A stretch of 64,000 nucleotides of DNA from Bugula neritina (lineage: Eukaryota > Animalia > Bryozoa), in contig OZ037767.1 of NCBI GenBank assembly GCA_964035545.1, positions 24,134,628 to 24,198,627 on the forward strand, given 5' to 3'. Of the stretch, positions 1 through 11,903 are shown one piece after another; positions within the stretch are counted from its first letter, which is position 1, and each line of letters opens with the position of its first letter. Position numbers and translations under genes: made by a program. Under the pieces are notes generated by a model. The model was not told the DNA's origin. It did not search any database and saw only the letters and a list, made by a program, of their open reading frames with translations.

Positions 1-1038
1 ACCAGGGGCAAAGCAATGAAACTAGTTTGGTTAATATTAAAGAAGTGGAAATGTTAATACTATCCATAACTAATTTGAGCAGGTACAATAAAATGTCTGC
101 TTACTAGCACGCTCTTTTATTATGCAACATATTCATTATAAGTGACACGTTAGCTGAAATACATAAAGAATACATTTCTAAAGAACATTATTACACGTTA
201 TGCAGGCATGTGTATTGATTCGAGTTTTTCATAAAACACTACCATAGGCTATATGAGTCTTCGAAGAAACACATTAACTGTACATTTACACACATTATGC
301 TTAAAAGTTTATCTATGATATTGAAATAAACTGCCTTAAGACATTCTTTTGACACTTTAATAATAAAGCTTACATGTTTTTCCTACTGTATATACATACA
401 AGATTGTGTTATAATATGTATACACATCTGTGCAAACTGTCACTCAATAATATAGCATATTCTTAGGTGATATACTAATAGGCTATGTAGTCATTATAAC
501 ATTGACGAGCTGTAGATTATATGAATGCTTAGAAAACTTTAGTTAGTTCAGTATACTGTGCAATTTAATAGGCACCTTATCGTGGCTTTTAGTATGCATA
601 AATACTAGAATGCTATGGTGAATTTCTTAAAATATTCTTTTAAAACTTATAGTTAATGCATATTTTATAATTGCAGTCTTACAAGTATTCTATAATTTAA
701 AGATATGTTTCAGTTGCACTGTCAGTTACAGCCATGCATAATTATTTTTTTCAACAATATAAGCTAGTCATCAAATCCAATCTAACTTCTAAATAATTAC
801 TTTACATGTCAAGAATTAATTAATCTTCTATCTAGCCTGAAATTACAAACATATTAGAGGTAAACAAATTCTCTCACAGATTGATAGAATATAACATAAA
901 TTGTGTAAAAGCTATGTTAAGTATTCATTAATCACTATGAAGTTTAGACCAGCAATATTTACAACAGGGTAATATGATGCAGCAAATTTTAAAACCTAAA
1001 CCTAAGTTTACAGAGATGTACAATATTTGTAATTGATT

Positions 1039-1178
1039 ATATAGCATTTATAGCATCTATAGCATCTATACTATCTATAATACTTTATAGCAGCTACAGC
1101 ATTTATAGCACCATATATCATCTATAGTATCTATAGCACCATATATCATCTATAGCATCTACAACACTATATATCATC
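1039..1178. repeat. Degenerate 9-bp minisatellite (TATAGCATC)
   Basis: Tandem variants of TATAGCATC. Confidence 0.75.
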
Positions 1179-3367
1179 AAATGCAGTGTTTAGCACAACC
1201 AGTTTTCAACCAGCAGACATGCATGTGATAGAAGTAGCAATTTGTTTAATAACATTTTTAAAATAATTACAATATTATACTTTCTAACGCTTTTCACAAT
1301 ATTATGTCTCTACTACCCACTTTAATTACTGATCTTAGCAAGTTTGTTGATATTGCAAAAGATAATATTGTGCTTTTACTGCTCTTTCTATTATTAGAAA
1401 GCGTAATTACCAAGAATTGTGCAGTTTATAACTTCTAAAGTTTGCTTTTGAAGTTTGCATTAATTGCCGATGTTTTACTGCTTTTCACAGTAAAGTTTCA
1501 TAGACAGCTACAACTGTAATATTGAAACAACAAAACATCAAATATATTTATTTTCAACAACAAATGGCAACAGATATAATCGCAACATCATATCCTGTGT
1601 TTTAGAGTTTATTATAGAAACAACTTTATACCGGATATGAGTAAACCTTTGTGAAATAATCGGTTGTCCACAAAACACATTAATCAAAGTTGCAAACTTA
1701 TAGCTACAAACATTTACGGCTAACATCAGCTTACAAACCTGCTTTTTCCCTAAAACCACTGTTTAGGCGAATTATAAGCTGCAATAGTGCAATTACTGTT
1801 GCAAAAGAGATATGCATCTAGATGTGTGAAAGCAAGATTTAAAAGCAGTTTTCATTTATGAACAAATTTATTATGCAACTGAAAAAGATATGAAAAATTA
1901 AACTGTTAGTCTAGCGAATGCTACCAAAATATTCTGTAGGAACCAATGAAAGCCTGGAATTTGCATCTAGATTTTTTCCAGTGTGTTGCTGCGTCATGAG
2001 GTATGCTATTATATATTGCTTTGTCACAATGCTTTAATATTTTGCATAATTTTGAAATAACATAACCACTGTTTTTATTTACCATTTTCTGTATGAATTT
2101 CTCTTTTTTGCTATTAAGAAATGCTACGTTTCTTGACCTAATAAAAGCCAGAAAATACAATGAGGAGGAATATGTTTTTGAACTGCCACGTCAACTATAA
2201 TGGCTACTAAATAAACATGCCTGCTTATAATTATGTAATACATCTCTCTAAAATATGTTACATTATAAAATAATCAGTCATGATCAAGAAATCACAGTCG
2301 ATAGTCACACACTGTAAGCATTTTCAAGTACCTAATCTATCGAGTCAGGTTTTTCAAATTTTAACTTCATGCAGAATAATAAAAATCAACTTAGTTTAAA
2401 GTGTTCATATTTGTGAGAGTTCCTGGTTACAAGAGTTTTTACGCTGGCTATGGATTGCTCCATCCCCCTATGTAAATAGGCTTTGCTAAAACCTTGATCA
2501 TCTCACCTAACTTGCATTACTGAGCTGCCATGGTAAATTTGCAAAAAAACTACTGTTGGTCACTGTTCTTCACTGATAAAGGTAACAACTACATTGAGAT
2601 TGGTAGTAACAATGATTGGTGCAAGCTTAAGTCCACAAAAATTGGCTGCCAATAGTAAACAGTACATTATTCTTATAGCTACATCTTGCAACTTGCTTGC
2701 TATAAGAATTTGAGAGTGAGAGTATTAGAAAAGTTATATTTAATTTAAGTTGGCTTTAAATCAATTTTTACTTTAGGGTTGAAAAAACCTGGCTGTGTGT
2801 AATCTGGCCTAGACTAGATCATCACTAAGTATATACCTTTGTACAGGTACAGGGTAAATATCCTAGTACAGGTATCAAGTATATTATATTTTGATACAGA
2901 TACCAGGTATATAATTTAACCTGTTGAAAGACTAAAGAGTGAAAACAAGCTCATAGGTAAAATTATATAGTACACCAGAGTAATAAGTAGACAATTTCTA
3001 AACATTTTATGCAAAAATAATGGTGACAGTCTTTGATATCAGGTTTAAAGTCGTATAATTTTATATCTTGACAAGACAGACATATGCAATATGAACCAGT
3101 ATATGCAATGTGGGTTTTACAGTCACATTTATTTTAATATCTGCAGCTCATCATAAGAATAGATTAATTTATTTTCAGTCTCAATTCATAAAAATATAGC
3201 ATAACAGTTAATTGTTGTCATTCCTACTCATAAAGTTCATATATACTGTACGTAACTATTAGACTGATTAGCCCAGAAATTCATAACATATACATATAAC
3301 ATGTGGGCAAAGTTCTAGCTTGTAAAATGAAGAACTTATGCTATACTACACTTTATAGTTTATTATG

Positions 3368-3515
3368 ATTGGTGTAAAATAATATTAACCAATCAAATTG
3401 TCTCTGCCTGCCTGTAACTAATGAAACATCATTTTATCTATATATATTGTGTTACTAGTCTTTTAATCAGCATTCAACATTTGTTAAAGCTTTCCGAACT
3501 ACTAGAAAGGTAAGG
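3368..3515 (+). promoter_or_regulatory. Putative core promoter and non-coding first exon of aquaporin A
   Basis: ATTGG (3368), CCAAT (3389), TATATATA (~3439), initiator-like TCAGCATT (~3467), strong donor AAG|GTAAGG at 3510. It would splice to the acceptor at 5596/5597, just before the ATG. Confidence 0.45.
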
Positions 3516-3548
3516 TGAATCTCTCTGCTTTCAACTCTTTCTCTTGAA

Positions 3549-3554
<6 letters not shown>

Positions 3555-3625
<71 letters not shown>
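3555..3625. repeat. (TA)n microsatellite
   Basis: Uninterrupted TA run. Confidence 0.95.
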
Positions 3626-3633
<8 letters not shown>

Positions 3634-5271
3634 TTATGAATTTAGTTTCTTATTGCCAAAAGAAACTAATGCAGAAGTAAACATTAATAACTATTAACTG
3701 CTAAGAAAACCTAATCGTTCTTAATCTTATCTATATTATTGTTTTATATTACTAAATTTAAGTGTGTCAGAATAAATCAGCATTTGAAAGTAATTTAGGT
3801 AAACATGATTGCCTATCTCACATCCATCTTGCATGTCTACATAGACAGCTGACATTTTTCTTATAGTCAGCTGTTTACCATAAAGTTAGAAACACTTGCT
3901 TATGTTTGAGGAATAGAAAATATTGAACTTTATGTAATTTCTTATTGTCAGAAGTATTCATGATATTGGTTATTCAATTTGAAGATAGAGATTTACTTTC
4001 AAATACAAACAATAAAGAAGAAATGAAATAATGAAGTAAATCTGTATTATTTATAAAACAACTCATGCAAATTTATAGTCACTATCCCCGTGAAAATCCC
4101 TGATAGAAAGAGTTTCTTGAAGTAGGCTAAGGACTTATTCAGATGAGGCACAAGAGCAATTATGACTGAATGCTCTTCCTAACATCATCTTGTGGCCTCG
4201 TGATTACTAGGCTCCCATATGCTATTATTTATAGTTGTGAACAAATTAAAAATACTCAACATAAACACATATGCTATAGGCTTATAGAAAATACTGAGAA
4301 ACTTAAATTTAAAATCTTTTAATGTAAAACAAGCCATTCTGAATAGAGAAAGGAGGTTCAATCTCCTCAAAACTACACATACTGTGCAGAGCACCAACCT
4401 TTCACACTAACAATTATTGAATTTAACGAAAGCTAAACAATCTTTGTATCATATTAAATAGAATACTTATGTTCATATAGCAAGTGTTACTAATGTGTTT
4501 TCTTCTAAAAATGTTTTTCTAATTGATGTATATACATGTATAATATAACATAATTCATCAATAATGTGAGAGTCAGTGGTGTTATTAGGATCAAATATTG
4601 GGTCAATCACTTTACTTTATTTATAATATGCACTGAATATAATGGGCGAACATTATAAAATCTAGCTTCTAATATATATCTGTTTTTTCCTTAAACGAAT
4701 GGAATGTAAAAAAATTTAAATAAATACATTAGTCTCAGAAATCTGCGTATAGGTATTGTAAACCTTGCCTCAGTCTTTTTTCATACATGCTCGAAATTAG
4801 TTCAAGAAAGTAAACTAATTGGCAGATTTACATGAATTTTGAACCAATTTCACTCTTTGGTTTTAATGTGCTGGCGTGTACTAAATAAAGTAAAATAACC
4901 CATATATAATATTGATTTAAAGTTCTGTCACAATATTATCTTTAGACAGTTAGAGTCAGTGAACTGAATAAATATGACATAGCTTAAAGTAGGCTAGAAA
5001 CACAAGTCAATAACATTGGTATAAAATGTTGGCATGCCATATACTGCATATTGGAAAAATTGTGACTTAAGCATTGATGTACTAGGTATAGATCGTCTTT
5101 AATCAAACCTTAGTTTGATTTTGTAGTGTTTAATCTAGTTTCTAAGCATCTGGAGATGTTTTTGTTGGCTACTATTATTACTGAAAAACCGTTATTTTGT
5201 TATAACGAAATGGCTTCTATCAGTTGCTCTATGTTCCATTTTTGATTTTAGTTTTGGCAACAAAATTGCTA

Positions 5272-5273
<2 letters not shown>

Positions 5274-5334
<61 letters not shown>
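5274..5334. repeat. (TA)n microsatellite
   Basis: Uninterrupted TA run. Confidence 0.95.
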
Positions 5335-5339
<5 letters not shown>

Positions 5340-5391
5340 CAGAGATTCATTTAATATAATTTTGAATTATATTAAATGAATCTCTGAATAA
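5335..5391. repeat. Perfect 27-bp inverted repeat with 3-nt loop
   Basis: TTATTCAGAGATTCATTTAATATAATT-TTG-AATTATATTAAATGAATCTCTGAATAA, directly after a (TA)n tract. Confidence 0.9.
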
Positions 5392-5608
5392 CTAGTTAAG
5401 CTATTCCAAAACATTTGTTTAAACATTACCTCTACATGTTGTATGCTATTTTATTGCTGTATGCAGGCTTGAATTGGCTTTGATCATGCTCTATATTCTA
5501 TAACCTCGTAACAAAATTTTCTACTAGCTTTTCTAAACATTAACCCACCACTACTAATAATATTGGTTAATACATGCCACTTTTACTTTCCAACAGATTA
5601 CTACAAGC

Positions 5609-8600
5609 ATGTCCAGACTTCAAACCACACTACGTGATCTCAAAGATCTGAACGTGTACAAAGCTACCTTGGCTGAGTTTTTAGGAGTTATGTTGCTTGT
5701 CATAATTGGCTGCGCCAGCCCATATGGTGAACGTACCATAGATCACACAAGGATCAGTCTATCCTTTGGCATGAGTGTTGCGACTATCGTGTGGGTGATT
5801 AACAGCGTGTCAGGAGGTCACATCAATCCTGCAGTCACCTTAGCTATGCTTGTCACCAGGAAGGTTAGTGAGTTCTGAGTACATTTGAGAAAGAGTAGTG
5901 CATAGTATGACATAATGCTGTATATACTGTGACATAGTATTGGTAACTATGATGGTATAGAGTACTGTATAATATTATGATTTCGGTACTTGCTTTTCAG
6001 TCGAACTTCTTTTAATCTCTGTTTTCACTACATTTAGATTTTTAATGTGGGAATCCTTTCAACCATAGTCTTGTTTTTATATAAAATAGTCTTAGTCATA
6101 AAACCCTATAAATTTTTGCTTTATAATTATTTAGTTACTATAGCTTGTTGAAGAACGTTTGTACTAATCCTGATAGTATAATAAACAGTAAGTGCCTAAT
6201 TACTGGTAAAACCCTTGAACCTAAAATTGAACATGACTTGCATCTTACAAACACAAAAATATCTTTGTATAAATTCACCAATTAAATTATTTTCCATAAC
6301 TGCTTTACTAAGCCAGAAAGAATTTATGATAACTTCCATATTTTTTCTATCAGAAATTCTGTAAATCATCAAATCTGTTTATTAATCTCATAACATGGTA
6401 TTTCTTTTGCAGGGAGTGTACTAATTTGAAATCACAATGACTTGCAAAATAATAAAATATATAAAAGCTGATTAATTGTTGAGCTTCAACGGCATCATGC
6501 ATTGATTGGATCACACCCAACCAATCAGTGTTGAGTTGTTTTTTCCCTACAAACAATAGGATTCTAAATCTTTGCTTCTCGAATTAATAGCTTTCACCAA
6601 GATCCAGCTAGCCTTGCTCAATATAGTTATTTCCACTAACCAAAAACATAAAATATAATATTCTGCTCATGAGGTGTAGTAAAACTGCATCTTTGAATAT
6701 TGTATAATGATTATATAATATATACACTCGTCTAGCTTGTTTTTATTATTTTCTAATTCTTTGTCCAAGTTAAACAAAGAGAGTTGTAGAGTGGTGATGT
6801 GGATTATCTTATTTCTCTACTTTCTACATGAGTTAAGCAAATTAATTGTTGAAAGTAGAAGTTGAACCACAGTCGTAGCTTGACTCATTTATAAAGAAGG
6901 TGTTCGAAAAGAAAACTGTTACAAATTAAGTATAACAAATTAACTTTTATGTTGTGTCTAATAATTTGTTGTTATTGTGGAATATACTACGTATATAAGT
7001 TGTTAGAATTTTATATAATTCATTATTGAGTAATTTTTATGTAAGTTGTATTATTATTCTTATATTAGTGCTGTTAAATATATATTAATTCACCAGGTTT
7101 GAAGCACCATCTGAGTATTATTAAATTGACAGCTGCTAGCTATACATTGGCTTTTAGTAGAGCTAGTGGTGGTATCATCAGCAAGCCACGCTGTCGTCAA
7201 TAATAGCTGATGGTTGTACATTATAACATATACATAGTTATGCCTTGCTCACAATACTATACATACACACACCATGCTCACTTGATTCATGTAGATGTAA
7301 TCTTGTATGTTCTATCTATTTTTAAAACTGCCAAAGTAATACATTTTTATTTTTATTAGTTTTACGTGAATTTTCCCTGATAAGACATAAGTATGCATTA
7401 TAAGTATGTGTGAGATTATTGTATTTATATCAAGTGCATCACATGCATTTATATTACAGTTGCCTTAGAGCATCGTACACACTATTGTGTGTGTTTTTGC
7501 ATTATAACTTTGTTAGCTCGCTACTATCTTTGTAAAAAATATTTTTACCTGTGTTACCTAAAGCAGTTACAGGAAACAGTAAGGTATTATAGTGTATATA
7601 ATATTACTATTTCATTGTACTTTTGCTAAGCAAATTGTTTATAATGAAAAAACTGTATAACCTGTTTAGATCACTATGGTAAGATGCATACTGTACATCG
7701 GGGCACAAATGGCTGGCGCAATAATCGGGATTCTCATACTGAAAGGGCTCATATGTAACTGGCAACTTGCTTACAACACACGGGAACAGCTGAACATTAC
7801 CGAGTGTGGTTTGGGTAGGTTTATCGTGTCAGCTAAACCTTCAAACCACTCATGTAGAGCATTAGTAGCTAGGTTATAAGTTTTATGTAATGTCATTGAT
7901 TAGTGATTTGATTTTGCGATGCATTTATTGTACTGCAACAAGCATGCAGGTATGCAAATGCATATGAACTATATTACATACATGTATACTGATCACTATT
8001 CTGCTAGTATTTTAACTAGGTAAAGTTATTCTTTGGACGTCTTTAAAATAATGTCAAACTTGTTCTATATAAAAACATAATAATAGGCAGCCATACAATC
8101 CAAAGTTTTAAATAAACTACAAATCTATTTTTAAATTTTATTAGCTTCTCAGAAAATTAAAATTAGGAGAGTGTTTTTGTATGAGAAAATGCAGTTTGTT
8201 TGACATGAATTCTTCTTGCAGCTCTAAACACTCTTGGAAAAGAAGTAAGTCCAGGCCAAGGGTTTGGTGTAGAAGTGCTCATTACATTTATGCTGGTCAT
8301 GACAGTATTCGCCACATGTGACCAATCAAGGACGGATTTACATGGCTCTGGGCCACTAGCAATTGGCCTTGCAGTTACCATTGGCCACTTAGGATTTGTA
8401 AGTTTAACCTATACTATCCTATACCATCAACTGCTCATTTTACACTCTCAGACGTAGCTGATGCGTCTATGTGGTTGCTAACAGGTTCTGTAGATATAAA
8501 CTAGTCTGCAGGTAGAATTGCAGATATTTTCAGCTGGTTGCAGATAGTTACAGGTTGTGCAAGTGGTTGTAGGTGGTTGCAAGTGGTTTTAGGTGGTTGC

Positions 8601-9806
8601 AGGTGGTTGCATGTAGAATTTAAAAAAGCTTAAACAATATTAATAATAATGTCGTACCTAAATAGTTTGGTGACTAAAGGATTTTTTCCTAAACTTCAAC
8701 ACAATTTCTCACAACATTCTGAAAGAATAACAGTTTATTTCAAAATTTTTCTCGGTAAATATATTTATAACATATATATTGTGGTAATTGCTCGAAGCAT
8801 ATTGATTTTATAAAAATTATAAAATATAATATATTCATCATCTACGTCATTCAGCATAAGTTATTATTTACAGATTGAGATAACTGGAGCTAGTATGAAC
8901 CCTGCAAGATCCTTTGGTCCTGCCGTTGTCTTGGGGGATTATACAAATCAGTGGGTAAGTCATCATGTAATAATAGCAGAGAGCAAACCTGCAGCAGAAA
9001 TTTAAACTTTAACTAAATGTTTACCCGAAGGAATTTAATAACATGCCGTTAGAATTACGCCTGTACTATAATAATTATATAGTTACTCAACGCATACTTC
9101 ATCATGTTAATGTAGATTTTAAAAGTTTATCTTCAAACTAACATGGATGTTTCTATTTTGTTTTCAAAACCAAAAATAATTATTCTTAAACTAAAACTGG
9201 ATATGTTTGCAGGTTTACTGGGTTGGACCTTTCGTTGGAGCAATACTTGCAGGAGTTGTCTATGAATTTCTCTTCGCTGGTTTGTATTAAGTTACATGTT
9301 TTTGTTACTTAATGTCAACAGATTATGAAAGTATACTTACCATATAATATATAATGGCAAGTTGTCCATGCATATGCATCTCCAAAACAGTTCAATACAA
9401 CCATAATTCTGCTAGATGGCATTTCTAGTAGTTTTGCATGAGCCTGCTTGATGGAATTCTATTTTTATTTGTAATGAAAATATTTGCAGTCTGAGAAAAC
9501 AAACTGCTAAAAGTAGAACACGTTTTCTTACTTTAATTGAAATATTTTAAATTGAAAGCGGCTTTACCATATCTAGTACAAAATATTCAATCTCATCGGC
9601 CATTGACCGCTTTTACAAATTTCCTACCTTCAGGGAAAAAGAAGTCAATTAGTTGAATTTTCCTAATAATCAATTATATGATTGAAGGCAATGCTGGGGC
9701 TACCAAAGTAGTGGAATTTTTCACAGAAGTTGATTATAACCCAGAAAATGAACCATTTGAAGAATATCCAAAGACACCCAGAGTTTCTTCAGACATTCCA
9801 ACTTAA
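5609..9806 (+). CDS. Aquaporin A (AQP4-like water channel, MIP family), 6 coding exons
   Basis: Exons 5609-5863, 7670-7814, 8222-8397, 8874-8954, 9213-9279, 9688-9806 join in frame at GT-AG sites. Motifs: [35 protein letters not shown]. The ar/R filter reads F-H-A-R. The last exon ([23 protein letters not shown]...IPT*) has a weak AAG acceptor but matches the paralogue's last exon in length (119 nt) and sequence. Confidence 0.93.
8530..8611. repeat. 10-bp minisatellite (CAGGTGGTTG) in an aquaporin A intron
   Basis: Tandem CAGGTGGTTG / CAAGTGGTTG variants. Confidence 0.75.
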
Positions 9807-10059
9807 ACTTCTAGTGCAGCTGCAATAGACTGAGTTACTGAAACTTATAATAACATGCAATATTATTTCTTTATTTCCTTTGTTTACCTGCTGATCAATC
9901 TTTTTGTATCTGTTGTGATTATAAACTCACTAAGATAAGAACTTGAAATATTATTTTTACATTTCATTTATTTTGACTAGAGTAAAATATTTTGCTGTTT
10001 AGTGATTTATTATTTTAGTAACTAATCAATGCCTACTTATATACCTTTCAATGCACAAC

Positions 10060-10192
10060 ACAGCTAGCTGATCAAGTCCCACAGCTAGCTGGTCAAGTCT
10101 CACAGCTAGCTTTTCAAGTCCCACAGCTAGCTAGTCAAGTCCCACAGCTAGCTAGTCAAGTCTTACAGCTAGCTGGCCAAGTCCCACAACTA
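10060..10192. repeat. ~21-bp minisatellite (CACAGCTAGCTGGTCAAGTCC)
   Basis: About six tandem copies downstream of the aquaporin A stop. Confidence 0.85.
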
Positions 10193-11903
10193 TAGCTTTT
10201 CTAGTCACTAGTCCATATTGTGTGCAGGTCTGATTGTTTCTTGTTGTGCTTGCAACAAGAACATTGTTCACTTTCACTTCAGTTTGATGTCTTTATTATC
10301 TGATCATACCTACAGGAAAGTAAACATATTAAAAGTATTAGTCTAAAGTAGAAATTCTCTGGGAATCAAGCCTGAAAGGAAGTAAATTTCAAATCGAAAA
10401 CTGCTGCTTTTTTGTCCGTTGGTCACAAGTGCATTCATAAAAAAGAAACTAAATTGGTTAACATATTTGTTTATTTATTTATGTTTCGATGCTATGCTTT
10501 TATTTACATGTATTTTATGGCTCTTATGAAATAGTAGATAACCCCAAATAACAATACAAGGTTCATTATTATGTTGTGGATAACTTGCTCATATTTGAAG
10601 TATATTTTTTTTCACATTATAAGTATGTTATATTCTGATCTAACTTCGCAAATGAACAACTAAAAATAGATCAAGCAATTATGTACATATTAGCTGCCTA
10701 AGTATAATTGTGAATATCGTAATTTGTCAGAGCTTTTGAGTCATGACTCAACAGTGGTCCGATAAATGAAAGAGATGGGATAACTTCTATAACACCAACA
10801 AATTAAAACTGCTTTCAATTATTATAAAGCTTATTGGAGGGCAATTGGCAGTTTAAAGTGAAAATAGTAAAGTGGTGCATTCAAAGTTATATTTTGTGCA
10901 AACAGTTTTACTGTTTATAATACTACATTGTTTATAGCCATGTGTTGTGATAGATTGACAAATAGAAAGGCAGATGAGCAAGCAAATACTTGAAGCAACA
11001 GATGAATACACAAACAAAACAGCACATAAATGAAAAATTAGCCGCTAAGAAACTATAAATCAGTTTTCAATGACAATTATATATTTATTTTAAACATGCA
11101 TTGTGTTTTATATAATGGCTAATTTAAAAAATTGCAATCACTATGCAAATACTCACAGCTTTTATAAAACCAAATAACTATACATATAATAATTTGTACT
11201 AATTTCAGTTTCAATTTTGCTCAAAGATGTCATCATAATAACATAGTATGCTCATACTAAACATTAAAAATACTTAAATTATTAAAAAATTACAATGCGT
11301 CAGAAAAATGATTTGTTAGGTCATGCTGCCACACTGGTCATGACCAGTTTGTATTTATAAATAACGGGGTGCACACAAATAGCTAAATATTATGTTATAG
11401 GTGATTACAATATGATACGAAAATAATAGTTGTAATTTAGTGCAAGATAATGCAAATGCATAAGACATTTCAGGTGTTGAGGCATTTTAGATTGAAGTAA
11501 TTTACTGGACTTGAAATATTCTAGAAATAATATAGGAGTTAGCAAGACATAAATCTCATCTCAATGATGAATTACAAGAAACATAAAAGCAATATGCCAT
11601 AACCAATTAGTCTACTACAGTCATTACAAAGTCTATAGAGTTTACAATATACAGTATTTAAAGCATATAGGTTCCGTCAATTGGACATGGTTATTAAAGA
11701 ATTAAAAGTTGCAGCATCAAAATTATCATGTCTATCAACTATGTACAGAATATAGGCTTCACGATGCATTTATCTTCTATTTGATACTATTTTAGAAGTT
11801 GTCTTCTTTAATTGTAAACTTCGTTGGATTTTAAAATGACCAGATACATAATATTGCACTATATCGTATGTTGGCAAAAATTTATAGGCAATGTAGTGCA
11901 AAT

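Noticed and set aside
1918-2000. Possible upstream coding exon (MLPK...PVCCCVM) for aquaporin A
   Set aside because: It ends in phase 2, but the acceptor at 5597 needs phase 0, so it is out of frame with the aquaporin.
10060-10192. Short regular repeats resembling a CRISPR array
   Set aside because: Head-to-tail units with no unique spacers, in a spliced eukaryotic locus with no cas genes.
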